Shown here in pieces: positions 32,104 through 42,390 of a DNA stretch of 64,000 nt; the stretch's first letter is position 1; every line of letters begins with the position of its first letter. The stretch is from a bacterium (lineage in GTDB: Bacteria > Patescibacteriota > Dojkabacteria > GCA-016699595 > JBAXKR01): NCBI GenBank assembly GCA_037131125.1, contig JBAXRR010000003.1, positions 3,682-67,681 of the forward strand, in the 5' to 3' direction. The notes beneath the pieces are model-generated. The model saw nothing but the letters and a program-made list of their open reading frames with translations, was not told where the DNA came from and searched no databases. Both the position numbers and the translations under genes were made by a program.

Positions 32104-32580
32104 TTAGAAATCGTTTTTCGCTCCAAAGTTTTGTGTTTTTTCGTTTTCTGTACATGCAAAGAGAGCATAAGTTTGAGGATTTGGGTTTAGAGCTCCCACA
32201 TGATACATAACCCACCAAGTATCTGCTGTAGCTCCAAGACCATTAGTCTCGCAATTTGTAATGTCGTCATAGCCCTCGTCAGAAAATTTAGGAGTCAAAG
32301 ATTGTATTGGAATTGTTACGAATTCTGGACCACTATTTCCAATCGTTATTTTAAAATTACTCCCATCTATGATAAGTTCATTTACGACTGGATATCTTCT
32401 GTACTTTGAGTAATATGATTCCAATGAACCTTGTATGTTCTTGAGATCTTGAAGTCTCTGAGTTTCTCTTTGATTCTTCTGAAGAGCTTGTATACCAAAT
32501 ACAGCTAAAGAGAGAAGTACACCTATCACTGCCATCACAACTAGTAGTTCTACTATTGTGAAAGCTTTGAAATTTTTCAT
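32104..32580 (-). CDS. Type IV pilin, second cluster
   Basis: MKNFKA|FTIVELLVV, IPIQSLTP, ATADTW, CTEN. Confidence 0.92.
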   Translation of the reverse strand: MKNFKAFTIVELLVVMAVIGVLLSLAVFGIQALQKNQRETQRLQDLKNIQGSLESYYSKYRRYPVVNELIIDGSNFKITIGNSGPEFVTIPIQSLTPKFSDEGYDDITNCETNGLGATADTWWVMYHVGALNPNPQTYALFACTENEKTQNFGAKNDF

Positions 32581-32657
32581 TTCTGTGAAAGTAATAAATA
32601 AGATAAGCTTTCTGTACTTATCAATATACTATTTTCCAATATCTATTTGAAGTGACA

Positions 32658-32689
32658 ATAAAAAACACCCCTGATTTCTCAGAGGTGTT
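32658..32689 (-). terminator. Intrinsic terminator after the SPFH gene, homologous to the pilin terminators
   Basis: Minus strand AACACCTCTGA-GAAA-TCAGGGGTGTT plus T-tract. Confidence 0.8.
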
Positions 32690-32719
32690 AAATTTAAAAT
32701 CAAGAAAAGTTAATTAAAC

Positions 32720-33634
32720 CTATTCTCTATTTTTATTAACTTCTCCACTTACGATCATTGCATCTCTAATCTGATTAGCAATATCTGTCATTCCTGCAGG
32801 AGAATGTGGAAGAAGTATTGTATTTGTATGTGATGACTGCCCTATTTCTTTTAATGTATCAAAGTATTGTGTAAGGAGGACTAAGTTCATTACATCTTGT
32901 GGAGTTGATCCCTGAATACTTTTTTGGAATTCATCAACAGATTCCCTAAGTCCTTCGATAATTGCTTTTCTTTGATCAGCAATACCTTTTCCTTGAAGTG
33001 CTTTAGACATTGCTTCAGCTTCTGCCGATTTAACCTTTAAGATTTTTTCAGCTTCTCCTTTCTCATTTGCAGCAATTCTTAATCTTTGTGCTGAGTTAAT
33101 TTCATTCATAGATTCTTTTACTTTAGCATCGGGTTCAATATCTGTAACAAGTGCGTTAAGAATTTCAAAACCAAAGTTCTTCATTGTCTCATTTAATTCG
33201 TTCTTTACTGCATATGCAATTTCATCTTTTTTCTCGAATAAGTCATCTAGGTTTATCTTTGGAACACGTGATCTAATAACATCGAAAACATATGAGTTTA
33301 TTTGGATAGATGGATCGTTAAGTCTGTAGAAAGCATCATATACTTTTTCTGGTAATGCATAATACTGAACTGAAACTACAACATGAACAAATACATTATC
33401 TAATGTCTTTGTCTCTGCTCTAACATCAAGTTGTTGAACTCTTAAAGATACATAACCTCGAATATTATCTACGAAAGGCATCTTTAAATTAAGTCCAGAT
33501 GATGCAACTCGAACAAATTTACCAAATCTTTCAACAATAGCAACTGTTTGTTGCTTAACTGTGAAGAAAGAGGTAGCAAGTATTATAACTGCTGCAAATA
33601 GGACTACGCATACTATTATTATTGCAAATTCCAT
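32720..33634 (-). CDS. SPFH/band 7 domain protein
   Basis: N-terminal TM, IVERFGKF, ETKTLDNVFV, DIEPD, MNEINSAQR, TQYFDTLKEIG. Confidence 0.93.
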   Translation of the reverse strand: MEFAIIIVCVVLFAAVIILATSFFTVKQQTVAIVERFGKFVRVASSGLNLKMPFVDNIRGYVSLRVQQLDVRAETKTLDNVFVHVVVSVQYYALPEKVYDAFYRLNDPSIQINSYVFDVIRSRVPKINLDDLFEKKDEIAYAVKNELNETMKNFGFEILNALVTDIEPDAKVKESMNEINSAQRLRIAANEKGEAEKILKVKSAEAEAMSKALQGKGIADQRKAIIEGLRESVDEFQKSIQGSTPQDVMNLVLLTQYFDTLKEIGQSSHTNTILLPHSPAGMTDIANQIRDAMIVSGEVNKNRE

Positions 33635-33757
33635 GAATTAAAGATGTAATAACTAGATGAATAATTATATCACCAATATTGGCTTGGTAAAAGGAATACT
33701 CTATGTATGTATTCGTCATATTTGCTTATAGCTTATGGCAGGATATATAATTCCGGC

Positions 33758-34894
33758 ATGTTTATCCCAGATCAAAATTTGGAAGGGCCAGCTCTATTTG
33801 TTGCATTTGCCGATGCGGTCAGTAATTACGGTGAATATCTGGAACATTTTAAACCAGATACCTTCGTTTATGCGAGAGATGGTGGTGGTGTTGAGTTATT
33901 TGCTAAAGAATTAGGCTCTTGCCCCATTGTATTTTTTAACGGATTTCTTGACCTGAGTCACCTATCTTTTACCTCTGATGGAGATAAGATAGAAACTCAG
34001 GATAGAATCAATTTTCTTGTTGATGTTTGCCAGAGACTAACAGAATTTGATGAAGTTGATTGGGATGTCATGACTAGAGAAGTTTTTCCTAAATTAATTA
34101 AAGTATATAGATGGGATGCACTAGCTGAGAATTCTAGATATGGGCATTCGAATGCAGGATATAGGGAAGGTGATTTTGTTCATTCATTAGGTGCTCTTGT
34201 TATTGCAATTGATGTTTTTAGAAAGATTACTCATGAATATATTCAGAATGAAGAGGATGTATCAAGATATAAACAATTACAAGTTGCATTAGCTAGAATG
34301 GTGCTATTACATGATTGGGGAGAAATTGTTACGGGAGATACATCTCAACTTAATCCGGGTCATTCTAATAGAGATAAGAGTGACGAAGTTAGATTACTGG
34401 GAGAGTATATAGATCAGCTCCCTTTCACTGAGGGATTTAAGACAGAGAGTAAATTCTTAGTAGGTCTTTTTGAAGGGACTAATATTCCAGCAACTCCAGA
34501 AAATAATCTAATAAAATGGATTGCAAAATTTGCAGATAAGTATTCGGGAACCTATGTATATTTCAAGCTTTCTACCAAGTTTGTATCACGAAATCATGGA
34601 ACGAACGTACTCGATTTAGCAGGATTTAATATTGGTACGAGTGGATTATCTTGGGAAACGGTTACAAAGTCTTTTGACGAACTGGGTAAAACATCTCATT
34701 CACTTATGGATTCCGTAAAGGGAATGGGATTTATTGATCAAGGATACTTAAGTAGCTTATATACATTGTTTAGTAGTGAATATATTGCAAACCTACTTGG
34801 ATATATACCTCCTCCTCCTCCAACTCCCATAACTCCTCATGATCCCAATGATGGAAACTACTATAGAGACAATTCTGTTTTCTCTGATCTCTGA
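33758..34894 (+). CDS. HD-domain phosphohydrolase-like protein (probable start ATG 33758)
   Basis: VHS...LLHDWGEIVTGD...ADK (YfbR/HD_3-like); TATAAT 6 nt before the ATG. Confidence 0.7.
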   Translation: MFIPDQNLEGPALFVAFADAVSNYGEYLEHFKPDTFVYARDGGGVELFAKELGSCPIVFFNGFLDLSHLSFTSDGDKIETQDRINFLVDVCQRLTEFDEVDWDVMTREVFPKLIKVYRWDALAENSRYGHSNAGYREGDFVHSLGALVIAIDVFRKITHEYIQNEEDVSRYKQLQVALARMVLLHDWGEIVTGDTSQLNPGHSNRDKSDEVRLLGEYIDQLPFTEGFKTESKFLVGLFEGTNIPATPENNLIKWIAKFADKYSGTYVYFKLSTKFVSRNHGTNVLDLAGFNIGTSGLSWETVTKSFDELGKTSHSLMDSVKGMGFIDQGYLSSLYTLFSSEYIANLLGYIPPPPPTPITPHDPNDGNYYRDNSVFSDL

Positions 34895-35004
34895 TATAAA
34901 TTATTAATGTTCTAAAGGAGAACTTGTGTAATGAACCTGATCTAAGAAGAACACAATCAATGTTGAGATTGTAAAAGAAGTGTGCGTAATTGAATGAAAT
35001 GGAT

Positions 35005-35619
35005 CTATTCCAAGCTATCTGAATATTCCTTATGAAGATAGAAGTAAAGATCAAATTTCCCATATTGTCTTTTCTCAACCATTACAAGTGGTCCAATTTC
35101 ATTTGGAAGTGTTTCTTGAATAGGACAATCTGTTATTAGGATTCCATCAGGCTTTAAGATTCTTGATGCCAATCTAATTGTTTCTTCGTTAATTTCTTTA
35201 TATGGAGGAGTTATGAAAATAAGGTCAAAGAACTTAAGTTCAAACTTACCCTTTTCTATGGATTCCCCATTTTTGAGTTTATGAGCTTTCTTTGCAAGTT
35301 TAACAAGATAGTCTATTGCATCCATTTTGAATATTTCGTATCTATCATGGGTGAATTCACATGTTTTAATGTTTGCTTCAATACAATCTATAGATTCTTT
35401 TGCTATATCTAGAAATACAGCTTTTTTAGCTCCCCTACTTAAGGATTCAAGTCCAAGAGCACCTGAACCAGCAAAAAGATCTAGAACTTCTGAATCTTTC
35501 ATCTTTGAGTTGAGCATACTAAATAGAGAGCTTTTTGCCCTATCCGTCATAGGTCTTGTTCCCTCTACTGGTACCTTAAGTTCTTTGTTTTTAGCTGTTC
35601 CTGTAATTATTCTAAGCAT
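35005..35619 (-). CDS. rsmD: 16S rRNA m2G966 methyltransferase RsmD
   Basis: LRIITG, TRPMTDRAKSSLF, LDLFAGSGALGLESLSRGA, IFITPPY. Confidence 0.92.
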   Translation of the reverse strand: MLRIITGTAKNKELKVPVEGTRPMTDRAKSSLFSMLNSKMKDSEVLDLFAGSGALGLESLSRGAKKAVFLDIAKESIDCIEANIKTCEFTHDRYEIFKMDAIDYLVKLAKKAHKLKNGESIEKGKFELKFFDLIFITPPYKEINEETIRLASRILKPDGILITDCPIQETLPNEIGPLVMVEKRQYGKFDLYFYLHKEYSDSLE

Positions 35620-35638
35620 ACCTGATTATATCATCTCC

Positions 35639-36835
35639 TTACTTATTATCTGAAAATATCCTTGTATCTTCATCTCCAAGTCTCCAGTAGAATATCTTTC
35701 CTATACCTATACTCATAAGGAGATCTCTTCTTTTCTTGTCTACCTCATAATCTGTGTACCAAGCTTCATATGTTTTTCCGTTCTCTTTGTATGTAAGTAA
35801 TTTCTCTCCTGTTTCAGAATCTAACACATCTGAAACAAGTCCACTTTTCTTTCTGTAAGCCAATATGTCTGTATATGTAATTGGAGTTTTATTTCCATCT
35901 TGGTCATATCTATATCCATATTCAGGTAAACCTATACTTATCTTTTCTTTAGGTATTTTAGATTCAGCATATCTTGCTACATCTTCCATCCAGAATATTG
36001 GGGTAACTGCGTAACTTTTCTTAATTGGAGTTGTGTAGTCATAGACCATGATTCTAATTGTATCTGCAAGTGTGGATAGAAATACCCAATCCTGATTACG
36101 TCTTGTTGGTGTTGAGTTTTCTGTTATGAAGTCTTTTGAAAGGACTGTAATAACTAACTTTTTATTTTCTTTCTTTAATCTTCCTGAAAGATCTGTCATA
36201 AATGCTTCATATTGATCCTTCATCCCCTCTTCTACATTTTCATAATCCATATCTATTCCTGCATAGCTATTCTTAACAGCATAATTAACAATAGCAGATG
36301 TATGTGCTTCAAGTTTAGTAGGATCATTAAGAATTTTAGAAAAATCTTCATACACGAAGGAAGAAATTGAAGGAATGAGGTCTATGTTGTTTGTTTTACA
36401 ATATGCAATTAAGGTTTTGTCATTTGTAGCAGCTTTAGTAGCAAGTCCATCTTTTTGTTTTGGATCTAGTGTAAACCATACAGGAGTTATTGTTTTAAAT
36501 GAGGATGAATACTTTTTGAAAACATCAAATCCTTTTTTGAAAGCAAAATCTGCAATATATGCATCTACATCTTGGTGGGTAACAGCTACTTCTGAAGAAA
36601 CACTTTCAGAACTTGAAACTTGAGATGAAGCTATGCTCGATGTATTAGGACTGATTACTGTAGATATATCCACAGGCTTATTGTTTACAAGTTGTGAGAT
36701 TAAATTTGGTATTGCAGAAAAGTCTAAACTCCCATATTTGTTACTAGAAAATGTTAAAGCAAATGTGGCAAATAGGAACACAAGACTTCCTAAAAATAGA
36801 AAAAAGATTACTTTTAATACACTTGGTGGTTTCAT
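35639..36835 (-). CDS. Glycoside hydrolase family 18 protein, membrane-anchored or secreted
   Basis: N-terminal TM, ITPVWF, catalytic GIDMDYE (DxDxE), MVYDY, WRLGDED. Confidence 0.85.
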   Translation of the reverse strand: MKPPSVLKVIFFLFLGSLVFLFATFALTFSSNKYGSLDFSAIPNLISQLVNNKPVDISTVISPNTSSIASSQVSSSESVSSEVAVTHQDVDAYIADFAFKKGFDVFKKYSSSFKTITPVWFTLDPKQKDGLATKAATNDKTLIAYCKTNNIDLIPSISSFVYEDFSKILNDPTKLEAHTSAIVNYAVKNSYAGIDMDYENVEEGMKDQYEAFMTDLSGRLKKENKKLVITVLSKDFITENSTPTRRNQDWVFLSTLADTIRIMVYDYTTPIKKSYAVTPIFWMEDVARYAESKIPKEKISIGLPEYGYRYDQDGNKTPITYTDILAYRKKSGLVSDVLDSETGEKLLTYKENGKTYEAWYTDYEVDKKRRDLLMSIGIGKIFYWRLGDEDTRIFSDNK

Positions 36836-36885
36836 GACTATATTCTTGCAGAACTAATCTATTAATGCAAAGAAGTTAATAATCA

Positions 36886-39800
36886 CTAGAAATTAAAGAG
36901 GTTCTTCAAGGTATTAAGTATGAGAGTAGTGACATCTTTCGACACACTTGCAGTAATAGCTACTGTATTTGATGAGTATCCAGTATTGTTTGCCTTATCA
37001 TTAGATATTGCTCTAAAGTGATATACCTTAGAAGGCTCTAATCCTGAGATAACTACTTGATGATTTAGCGTAAGGTTAAAATCAGTAGTAGTCTTAGTAT
37101 TGTATGTATCCGAATATCCATCTCCATACTCTACACTTGTTGTAGCAGGCTCATCCGTATTCCAATTAAGAACCACTTGAGACTTCTGGTTATTGGTATT
37201 CTCATTAGTAACTGGGTTAGTATCTATTGTAAGTTCACTAATAGCTGGAGGTCTTGTATCTGTAGATGTAGTAAATTTAATTGATTCACTTACTGCTTCG
37301 TTACCTACCTTATCTCTTCCTTTAACTATTAATATATATGGAGTATCTGGATTAAGTTGGTTCATAGTCATCTTGTGATCACCTTTGACTAAAGTCAAAT
37401 TAACAAGATCTCTAGAACTTGTAGGTAAACCTTCTGGATAGTATGTGACAATAGATGACTCCTCTGTATTCGTGATCCACGAAACGATTAAAGTAGTTTC
37501 AGCTGTATTCTTTACTTGTTGTAACTTAATGTTTGTTACAGTTGGTCTTGGTAATGTTGTGAAGTCTAGAATTAAATTATCATACTCGTTTCCTTCTGTG
37601 TCTATAGTGTTAATTTTGTAATAGTATTTTGTTCCATCTTGAAGACCGTCTAAAGTGAGCGAATAATTTGTTTCTGAAACTGATGTTGCCAATTCTTTTG
37701 CACCTCCAAAGGAAGTGGAAATACCATAGTATAGTTTTACTTTTGATGCTTTGATAGAGGTAAAATCTATTTGTGCACTGCTAATGCTCACATATCTGGT
37801 AACAGTGTTTTTAACAATTGGAGCAGAATCGGTAGTAAATATTTTTTCATCAGACTGTCCTGTGTTTCCATCTTCGTCAGTCCAGCTCACTTTGAAAAAA
37901 TAACTTGTTGAGGGTTTAAGATTTGTTAGGTTAACAATATGATCCGTATTTTGTGCTGAATTCCCAACCTCATCTTTAAAGTATTCTCCGGAAGCTAATC
38001 CATATGATACTTTTGAATCACTTGATCTATCTGTTGTCCAAGATATTTCACCTGTTCGAATACCTGAGATAACATTAGGTCCGGAATTTAATTTAGCGGG
38101 ATTTTTAAATTTACCTTTAGGAGTTAATGTAACTGCGTTTGTATATGAAGGACTTGCTTTAGATTCATCTGAATTATCTGTTGTTCCAACTCTCCAGTAA
38201 TATGGTTTAGATTCAGCAACAGTATCTATGTACGAATTGCCTGTAGTTGTGTCTACATCAGTCCATGTTGTTCCGTTTTCTGATCTTTGTATTTTATATG
38301 TTAGTGTTCCTGTTCCTTGATATGCAGGATTTTCCCATACTAAAGAACCTCTCCAAAGTAATGCCTCCTTAATTGAAGCGTCACTTACCAATAGGTTAAG
38401 TGCAGGATCTGGGAGAGATGAGTTAAGTACAAATTTTCCTTTAAGACAGCTAGAACCAGAATAATTGTTCACATTATCTACGGACACTACATATACTGTA
38501 TTATCTCCTTTAACAGCTCCAATGAGTTTTTGTATTGGTACACTGTTTGTGAGTACTGGAATATATGTAGCAGAATTTGAAAGAATGGAAGAATACGAAT
38601 TAGGTGGGTTCGTATTAACCATATAGTAGTATGATTTTATTGTTTTACCTAATGCAGGTACTGCTGCATCCCAAGAAAGTGCAAAAAGATTTGAGTTTAA
38701 TGCTGATGGAGTAAGAGTAATTCCAGTTTCATCTAAACAAGATTTTGAAAATGTAGGTGCTTCTCCACCATATGAAATATTTGCGGTTCTATATGTTCCT
38801 TGAATTGAAGTGTTTCCTATACTATCTATAGTTCGAAAGTAAATTACATTATTGCCAACAATAATATCTGATCCATCTCTTACAGGATCTAAATAATATG
38901 GTTGCGCTTCCCCAACTGGAATGTATTTAACTCCAAGTGTAGGGTCATTGAAAGATCCATTCCAACTTCCACTGGTCCCATTGATTTTGTATTGCCATCC
39001 AATGACTTGTGACTCGTTATCTATTGAAGCTGTTCCACCAGTTGTTGGCCATGTGAAAAACATATCTGAAATATTGAAAAAACTTCCATTTGTTGAAGAG
39101 ATGTAAGTTACATTTGTTGGAGGTGTATTATCAAATCTAAATTGAAAACTTGTTGAAGCACCTTGATATATATTATTACCAACATCTATTGCTTTTATAC
39201 TTAAGTAGTATGGTGATGTAGAAGATGTTAATGCACTTGCTAAATATCCACTAGTTGATAAATCTAATGAAGTCCCAGCCACAATGAACTGACAAGTTGA
39301 ACCAACTGTTGATACTGGAGATGTTCCAAGAATTCCCTTAACAGTTGCTGGATCTCCAGCTGTAGTTATATTTAGGTTTAAACAATATCCCTTAATGCCC
39401 TTTCCACCTACATTATCTATACCCGCTGTCCAAGTAAAATATGGTGTAGAAGAGTTTGTCCAAGCATTTGAGGATATTCCAGTCCCCCCATTACTCGTAT
39501 ACATTAATATACTGCTCGCATTTGTTGGAGGAGGTGTAACATCAGACTCTGTTTTATTGATAGTAATATCTGAAAATACAGGAGTCGTATTATCTGCTGT
39601 ATTTAAAGTCACTTCATATTGAACATACCTTTGATTGTTTGTTACACACCCACCAGTTGATATATTTGCACCAGATGCAATAGCAGTACATGAGGAGAAT
39701 GCAGTTGCACCAGACATAGTAGATGAATTACTTGATCTTACTTTTACAGAAACACTTCCGGAACTATTATATCCGAGTGTAGTCCAATCTTGTCCAACAG

Positions 39801-41241
39801 TTGAATCAAAAATATTTGAGGTTACACTTCCTGTTGTAACATATGTGTTTAAACTTATATTATCTATGTATACTGTTTTGTTTCCTTTAAACTGTACACC
39901 ATAAGTTCTTACTGCATTTGCACCTACTACTGTTCCTGTTAACTGATACCAACCACTTCCAACAGAATTATATGTTGTTGTGATAGTTGAACCATTTGAA
40001 AAGAGTTCAATATCAGAAGATGTTACTGCTGAGCCATTGGTGTATGCATATGTTGAAATATTATATGTATTTGTATCTCCAAGATTGATTGACTGTGTAA
40101 ATTCCCCTTTCCTTGTTCCCGTTGAAACTAACTTTGCACTTCCTGTACTTCCACCATATTTAGTAACAGTATCTCTTGTAGCAGAAGTTATTCCTGTTGT
40201 AATAGCTATATTATATTTATCCCTTAGATAATTTTCGATTCTTCCTCTATTATCACTTGAAAGTCCTGTGTTATATACGATTACTTCAGCAATATCTTCA
40301 TTTTGATAATGCCCACCTGCGTTAAATCTACCAAGATCTATGTTGGCAAGATTAGTTGCAGTGAAATCACCACCAACCAAAGTGTATGAAGTTTCGTTTC
40401 CGTTTACTCCATATTTTGAAGCATTTGTACCTTGATCAACTCCAAAGTAATTTCTAATGATTCCGAAGTTATTTAATGCAAAAGCTTGTGAAGTATAATT
40501 TACGCCGTTTGATTTAATTCCCCCTATGTTTCCACTTGCTAGTCCATATGTACCTATGTGGTAACCATTTTGAGGACTACTAAACCCTATTCCTAAACTA
40601 CTGTGTGTTCTGTTTCTAATTACTAAGAAGACCTCTGGCGCTAGTCCTGCAGTTGTAGCTGTTGTTGAAAGATAATCATCTGATCCATCAAATCTAACAG
40701 CAGGTAGGCTGTTAATAGAGTTTGTTATGTAAAGAGGTTTATATGATGCTGTTGATTGAGTGGCATTTGCATTACCACTTGAATCAGTCCAAGTTGTAAC
40801 CGGATCATTGTTGTTAAGTCCAACAATAGCATCTGCTTTAAGCCATAATTTAAGCCCAGTAATAGAGCTTGGCTGAATAGTTGTATTCCAACTAGCTAAA
40901 TCAGATTCAAAACCAGTATTGGATAATTTCTCAACTTTATTTAATGTTATTTGCCCAGGAGTTCCAGTTGTGTCTACATTGGAAGATGACGAGTATGTGT
41001 TTACAGTTGTATTAACTGTTCCTCCAACAACACCTCCGCTCCAATCTGTTTGCGTCCAAGGAGCATCAACAGCAAATATTTTACCAACTCCACTTAGGGT
41101 TATGTAAGCACCAGCAACAATACCAATTGAGATCCAAATGAGAGCAAATATATTTAATTGCCACTTAATAAAATATACCTTCTTCGTAAAGAGTTGATAA
41201 TTAAGATTCTTAAGGTTATTCTTAATTTTATTTAAGAGCAT
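36886..41241 (-). CDS. Large surface protein with a LamG/concanavalin-like domain and fibronectin type III repeats
   Basis: N-terminal TM, WTQTDWSGG, LKLWLKAD...WTDSSGN...PAVRFDG...IAEVIVYN, repeated W.T...H.V.L..L.P...Y.F. Confidence 0.8.
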   Translation of the reverse strand: MLLNKIKNNLKNLNYQLFTKKVYFIKWQLNIFALIWISIGIVAGAYITLSGVGKIFAVDAPWTQTDWSGGVVGGTVNTTVNTYSSSSNVDTTGTPGQITLNKVEKLSNTGFESDLASWNTTIQPSSITGLKLWLKADAIVGLNNNDPVTTWTDSSGNANATQSTASYKPLYITNSINSLPAVRFDGSDDYLSTTATTAGLAPEVFLVIRNRTHSSLGIGFSSPQNGYHIGTYGLASGNIGGIKSNGVNYTSQAFALNNFGIIRNYFGVDQGTNASKYGVNGNETSYTLVGGDFTATNLANIDLGRFNAGGHYQNEDIAEVIVYNTGLSSDNRGRIENYLRDKYNIAITTGITSATRDTVTKYGGSTGSAKLVSTGTRKGEFTQSINLGDTNTYNISTYAYTNGSAVTSSDIELFSNGSTITTTYNSVGSGWYQLTGTVVGANAVRTYGVQFKGNKTVYIDNISLNTYVTTGSVTSNIFDSTVGQDWTTLGYNSSGSVSVKVRSSNSSTMSGATAFSSCTAIASGANISTGGCVTNNQRYVQYEVTLNTADNTTPVFSDITINKTESDVTPPPTNASSILMYTSNGGTGISSNAWTNSSTPYFTWTAGIDNVGGKGIKGYCLNLNITTAGDPATVKGILGTSPVSTVGSTCQFIVAGTSLDLSTSGYLASALTSSTSPYYLSIKAIDVGNNIYQGASTSFQFRFDNTPPTNVTYISSTNGSFFNISDMFFTWPTTGGTASIDNESQVIGWQYKINGTSGSWNGSFNDPTLGVKYIPVGEAQPYYLDPVRDGSDIIVGNNVIYFRTIDSIGNTSIQGTYRTANISYGGEAPTFSKSCLDETGITLTPSALNSNLFALSWDAAVPALGKTIKSYYYMVNTNPPNSYSSILSNSATYIPVLTNSVPIQKLIGAVKGDNTVYVVSVDNVNNYSGSSCLKGKFVLNSSLPDPALNLLVSDASIKEALLWRGSLVWENPAYQGTGTLTYKIQRSENGTTWTDVDTTTGNSYIDTVAESKPYYWRVGTTDNSDESKASPSYTNAVTLTPKGKFKNPAKLNSGPNVISGIRTGEISWTTDRSSDSKVSYGLASGEYFKDEVGNSAQNTDHIVNLTNLKPSTSYFFKVSWTDEDGNTGQSDEKIFTTDSAPIVKNTVTRYVSISSAQIDFTSIKASKVKLYYGISTSFGGAKELATSVSETNYSLTLDGLQDGTKYYYKINTIDTEGNEYDNLILDFTTLPRPTVTNIKLQQVKNTAETTLIVSWITNTEESSIVTYYPEGLPTSSRDLVNLTLVKGDHKMTMNQLNPDTPYILIVKGRDKVGNEAVSESIKFTTSTDTRPPAISELTIDTNPVTNENTNNQKSQVVLNWNTDEPATTSVEYGDGYSDTYNTKTTTDFNLTLNHQVVISGLEPSKVYHFRAISNDKANNTGYSSNTVAITASVSKDVTTLILNTLKNLFNF

Positions 41242-41313
41242 AAATATACAAACCTAATCCATAAATATGAACTAAGTATATAATATATGAATTCAGGAAT
41301 AATTCAAGGATGA

Positions 41314-41790
41314 TTATTTTCTGTAGGATTTTGTAGATTCATACGCAACTATTCCAAAACTTGTAGCAACATTAAGAGATTCTTTAATTCCATTCATTGG
41401 GATTTCAACTATTTTGTCAGATATTTTAAGTATTTCTTTGTCTACTCCGTTTATTTCATTTCCCATAACTAAAACAGTTTTCTCTGGGTATTCGATCTTG
41501 TCGTACTGAACTGCTACTGGGGATAGTTCAACTGAATATATGGTATATCCTTGTTCTTTTAATTCTTTTACTTTTTCAATAGAGTCTTTTGAGTACTCCC
41601 ATTCAACTGATTCCAAAGATCCTAGAGCTGTTTTTTGAAGTTTAGGATTTGGTGGATATGCTGTTATTCCACAAATGAATATTTTAGATATTCCAGACGC
41701 ATCTGAAGTTCTAAAAATAGATCCAACATTAAAGGTGGACCTTATGTTATCTAGAAGTACATATATTGGATATTTTATCTTTGGTACCAT
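41314..41790 (-). CDS. SpoU/TrmH-family RNA 2'-O-methyltransferase
   Basis: LDNIRSTFNVGSIFRT, VMGNEINGV, IPMNGIKESLNVA. Confidence 0.9.
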   Translation of the reverse strand: MVPKIKYPIYVLLDNIRSTFNVGSIFRTSDASGISKIFICGITAYPPNPKLQKTALGSLESVEWEYSKDSIEKVKELKEQGYTIYSVELSPVAVQYDKIEYPEKTVLVMGNEINGVDKEILKISDKIVEIPMNGIKESLNVATSFGIVAYESTKSYRK

Positions 41791-42374
41791 TTTTTCTTTA
41801 TATCTATGAAAGTAAGTTTTTCCATATCCATATTATACTTCTTCTCTACCCTTTCTAGTAAGTCTAAGTCCTCATAATGCTTATGTATGTCTTGAGATGC
41901 AATGTAGAATACTCTGTCAAAGTTAGTTAAAGCTTTTAAAATAATTGTCTCAGCATGTTCTGTTCTTTTGGATGCGTTATAAAATACTGCTCTATTTGGG
42001 GAATATTGGGATATGTTTTGATCAACTTCTTTTTTGTTATTAAGTATCTCTAAATGCTCAAGTGGTATTTTGGAATCTTTAACAAATACTTCGAATAGTT
42101 GTTTTTCTAAAGGTTTGAAGATTATCATGGGTCTATCTGTAAAAATCCATGAAGATGAATTCCATATTATATTCCTGAATGCTCGAAGTTTTGTTTCTCT
42201 AATTCTAAATAGAAAGGTGTGTATACTAAATGGCCACATAAGAAGTACACCATCAAGATCGAATATGACTAAGTCTTTATCTGTAAGCTCTTTCCATCTC
42301 GGAGTATTGTTTTCGTAAACTTCTTCAATACTTGTATATGATTCTATTTTAAATTTTTGATTATTCTCTTGCAT
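41775..42374 (-). CDS. Hypothetical protein with a HAD-like motif I
   Basis: LVIFDLDGVL. Confidence 0.55.
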   Translation of the reverse strand: MQENNQKFKIESYTSIEEVYENNTPRWKELTDKDLVIFDLDGVLLMWPFSIHTFLFRIRETKLRAFRNIIWNSSSWIFTDRPMIIFKPLEKQLFEVFVKDSKIPLEHLEILNNKKEVDQNISQYSPNRAVFYNASKRTEHAETIILKALTNFDRVFYIASQDIHKHYEDLDLLERVEKKYNMDMEKLTFIDIKKKWYQR

Positions 42375-42390
42375 AAGAGATTTTGAAATT

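Noticed and set aside
19066-32580. Diversity-generating retroelement acting on the pilins
   Set aside because: No reverse transcriptase and no template/variable repeat pair differing only at adenines; the variation includes indels.
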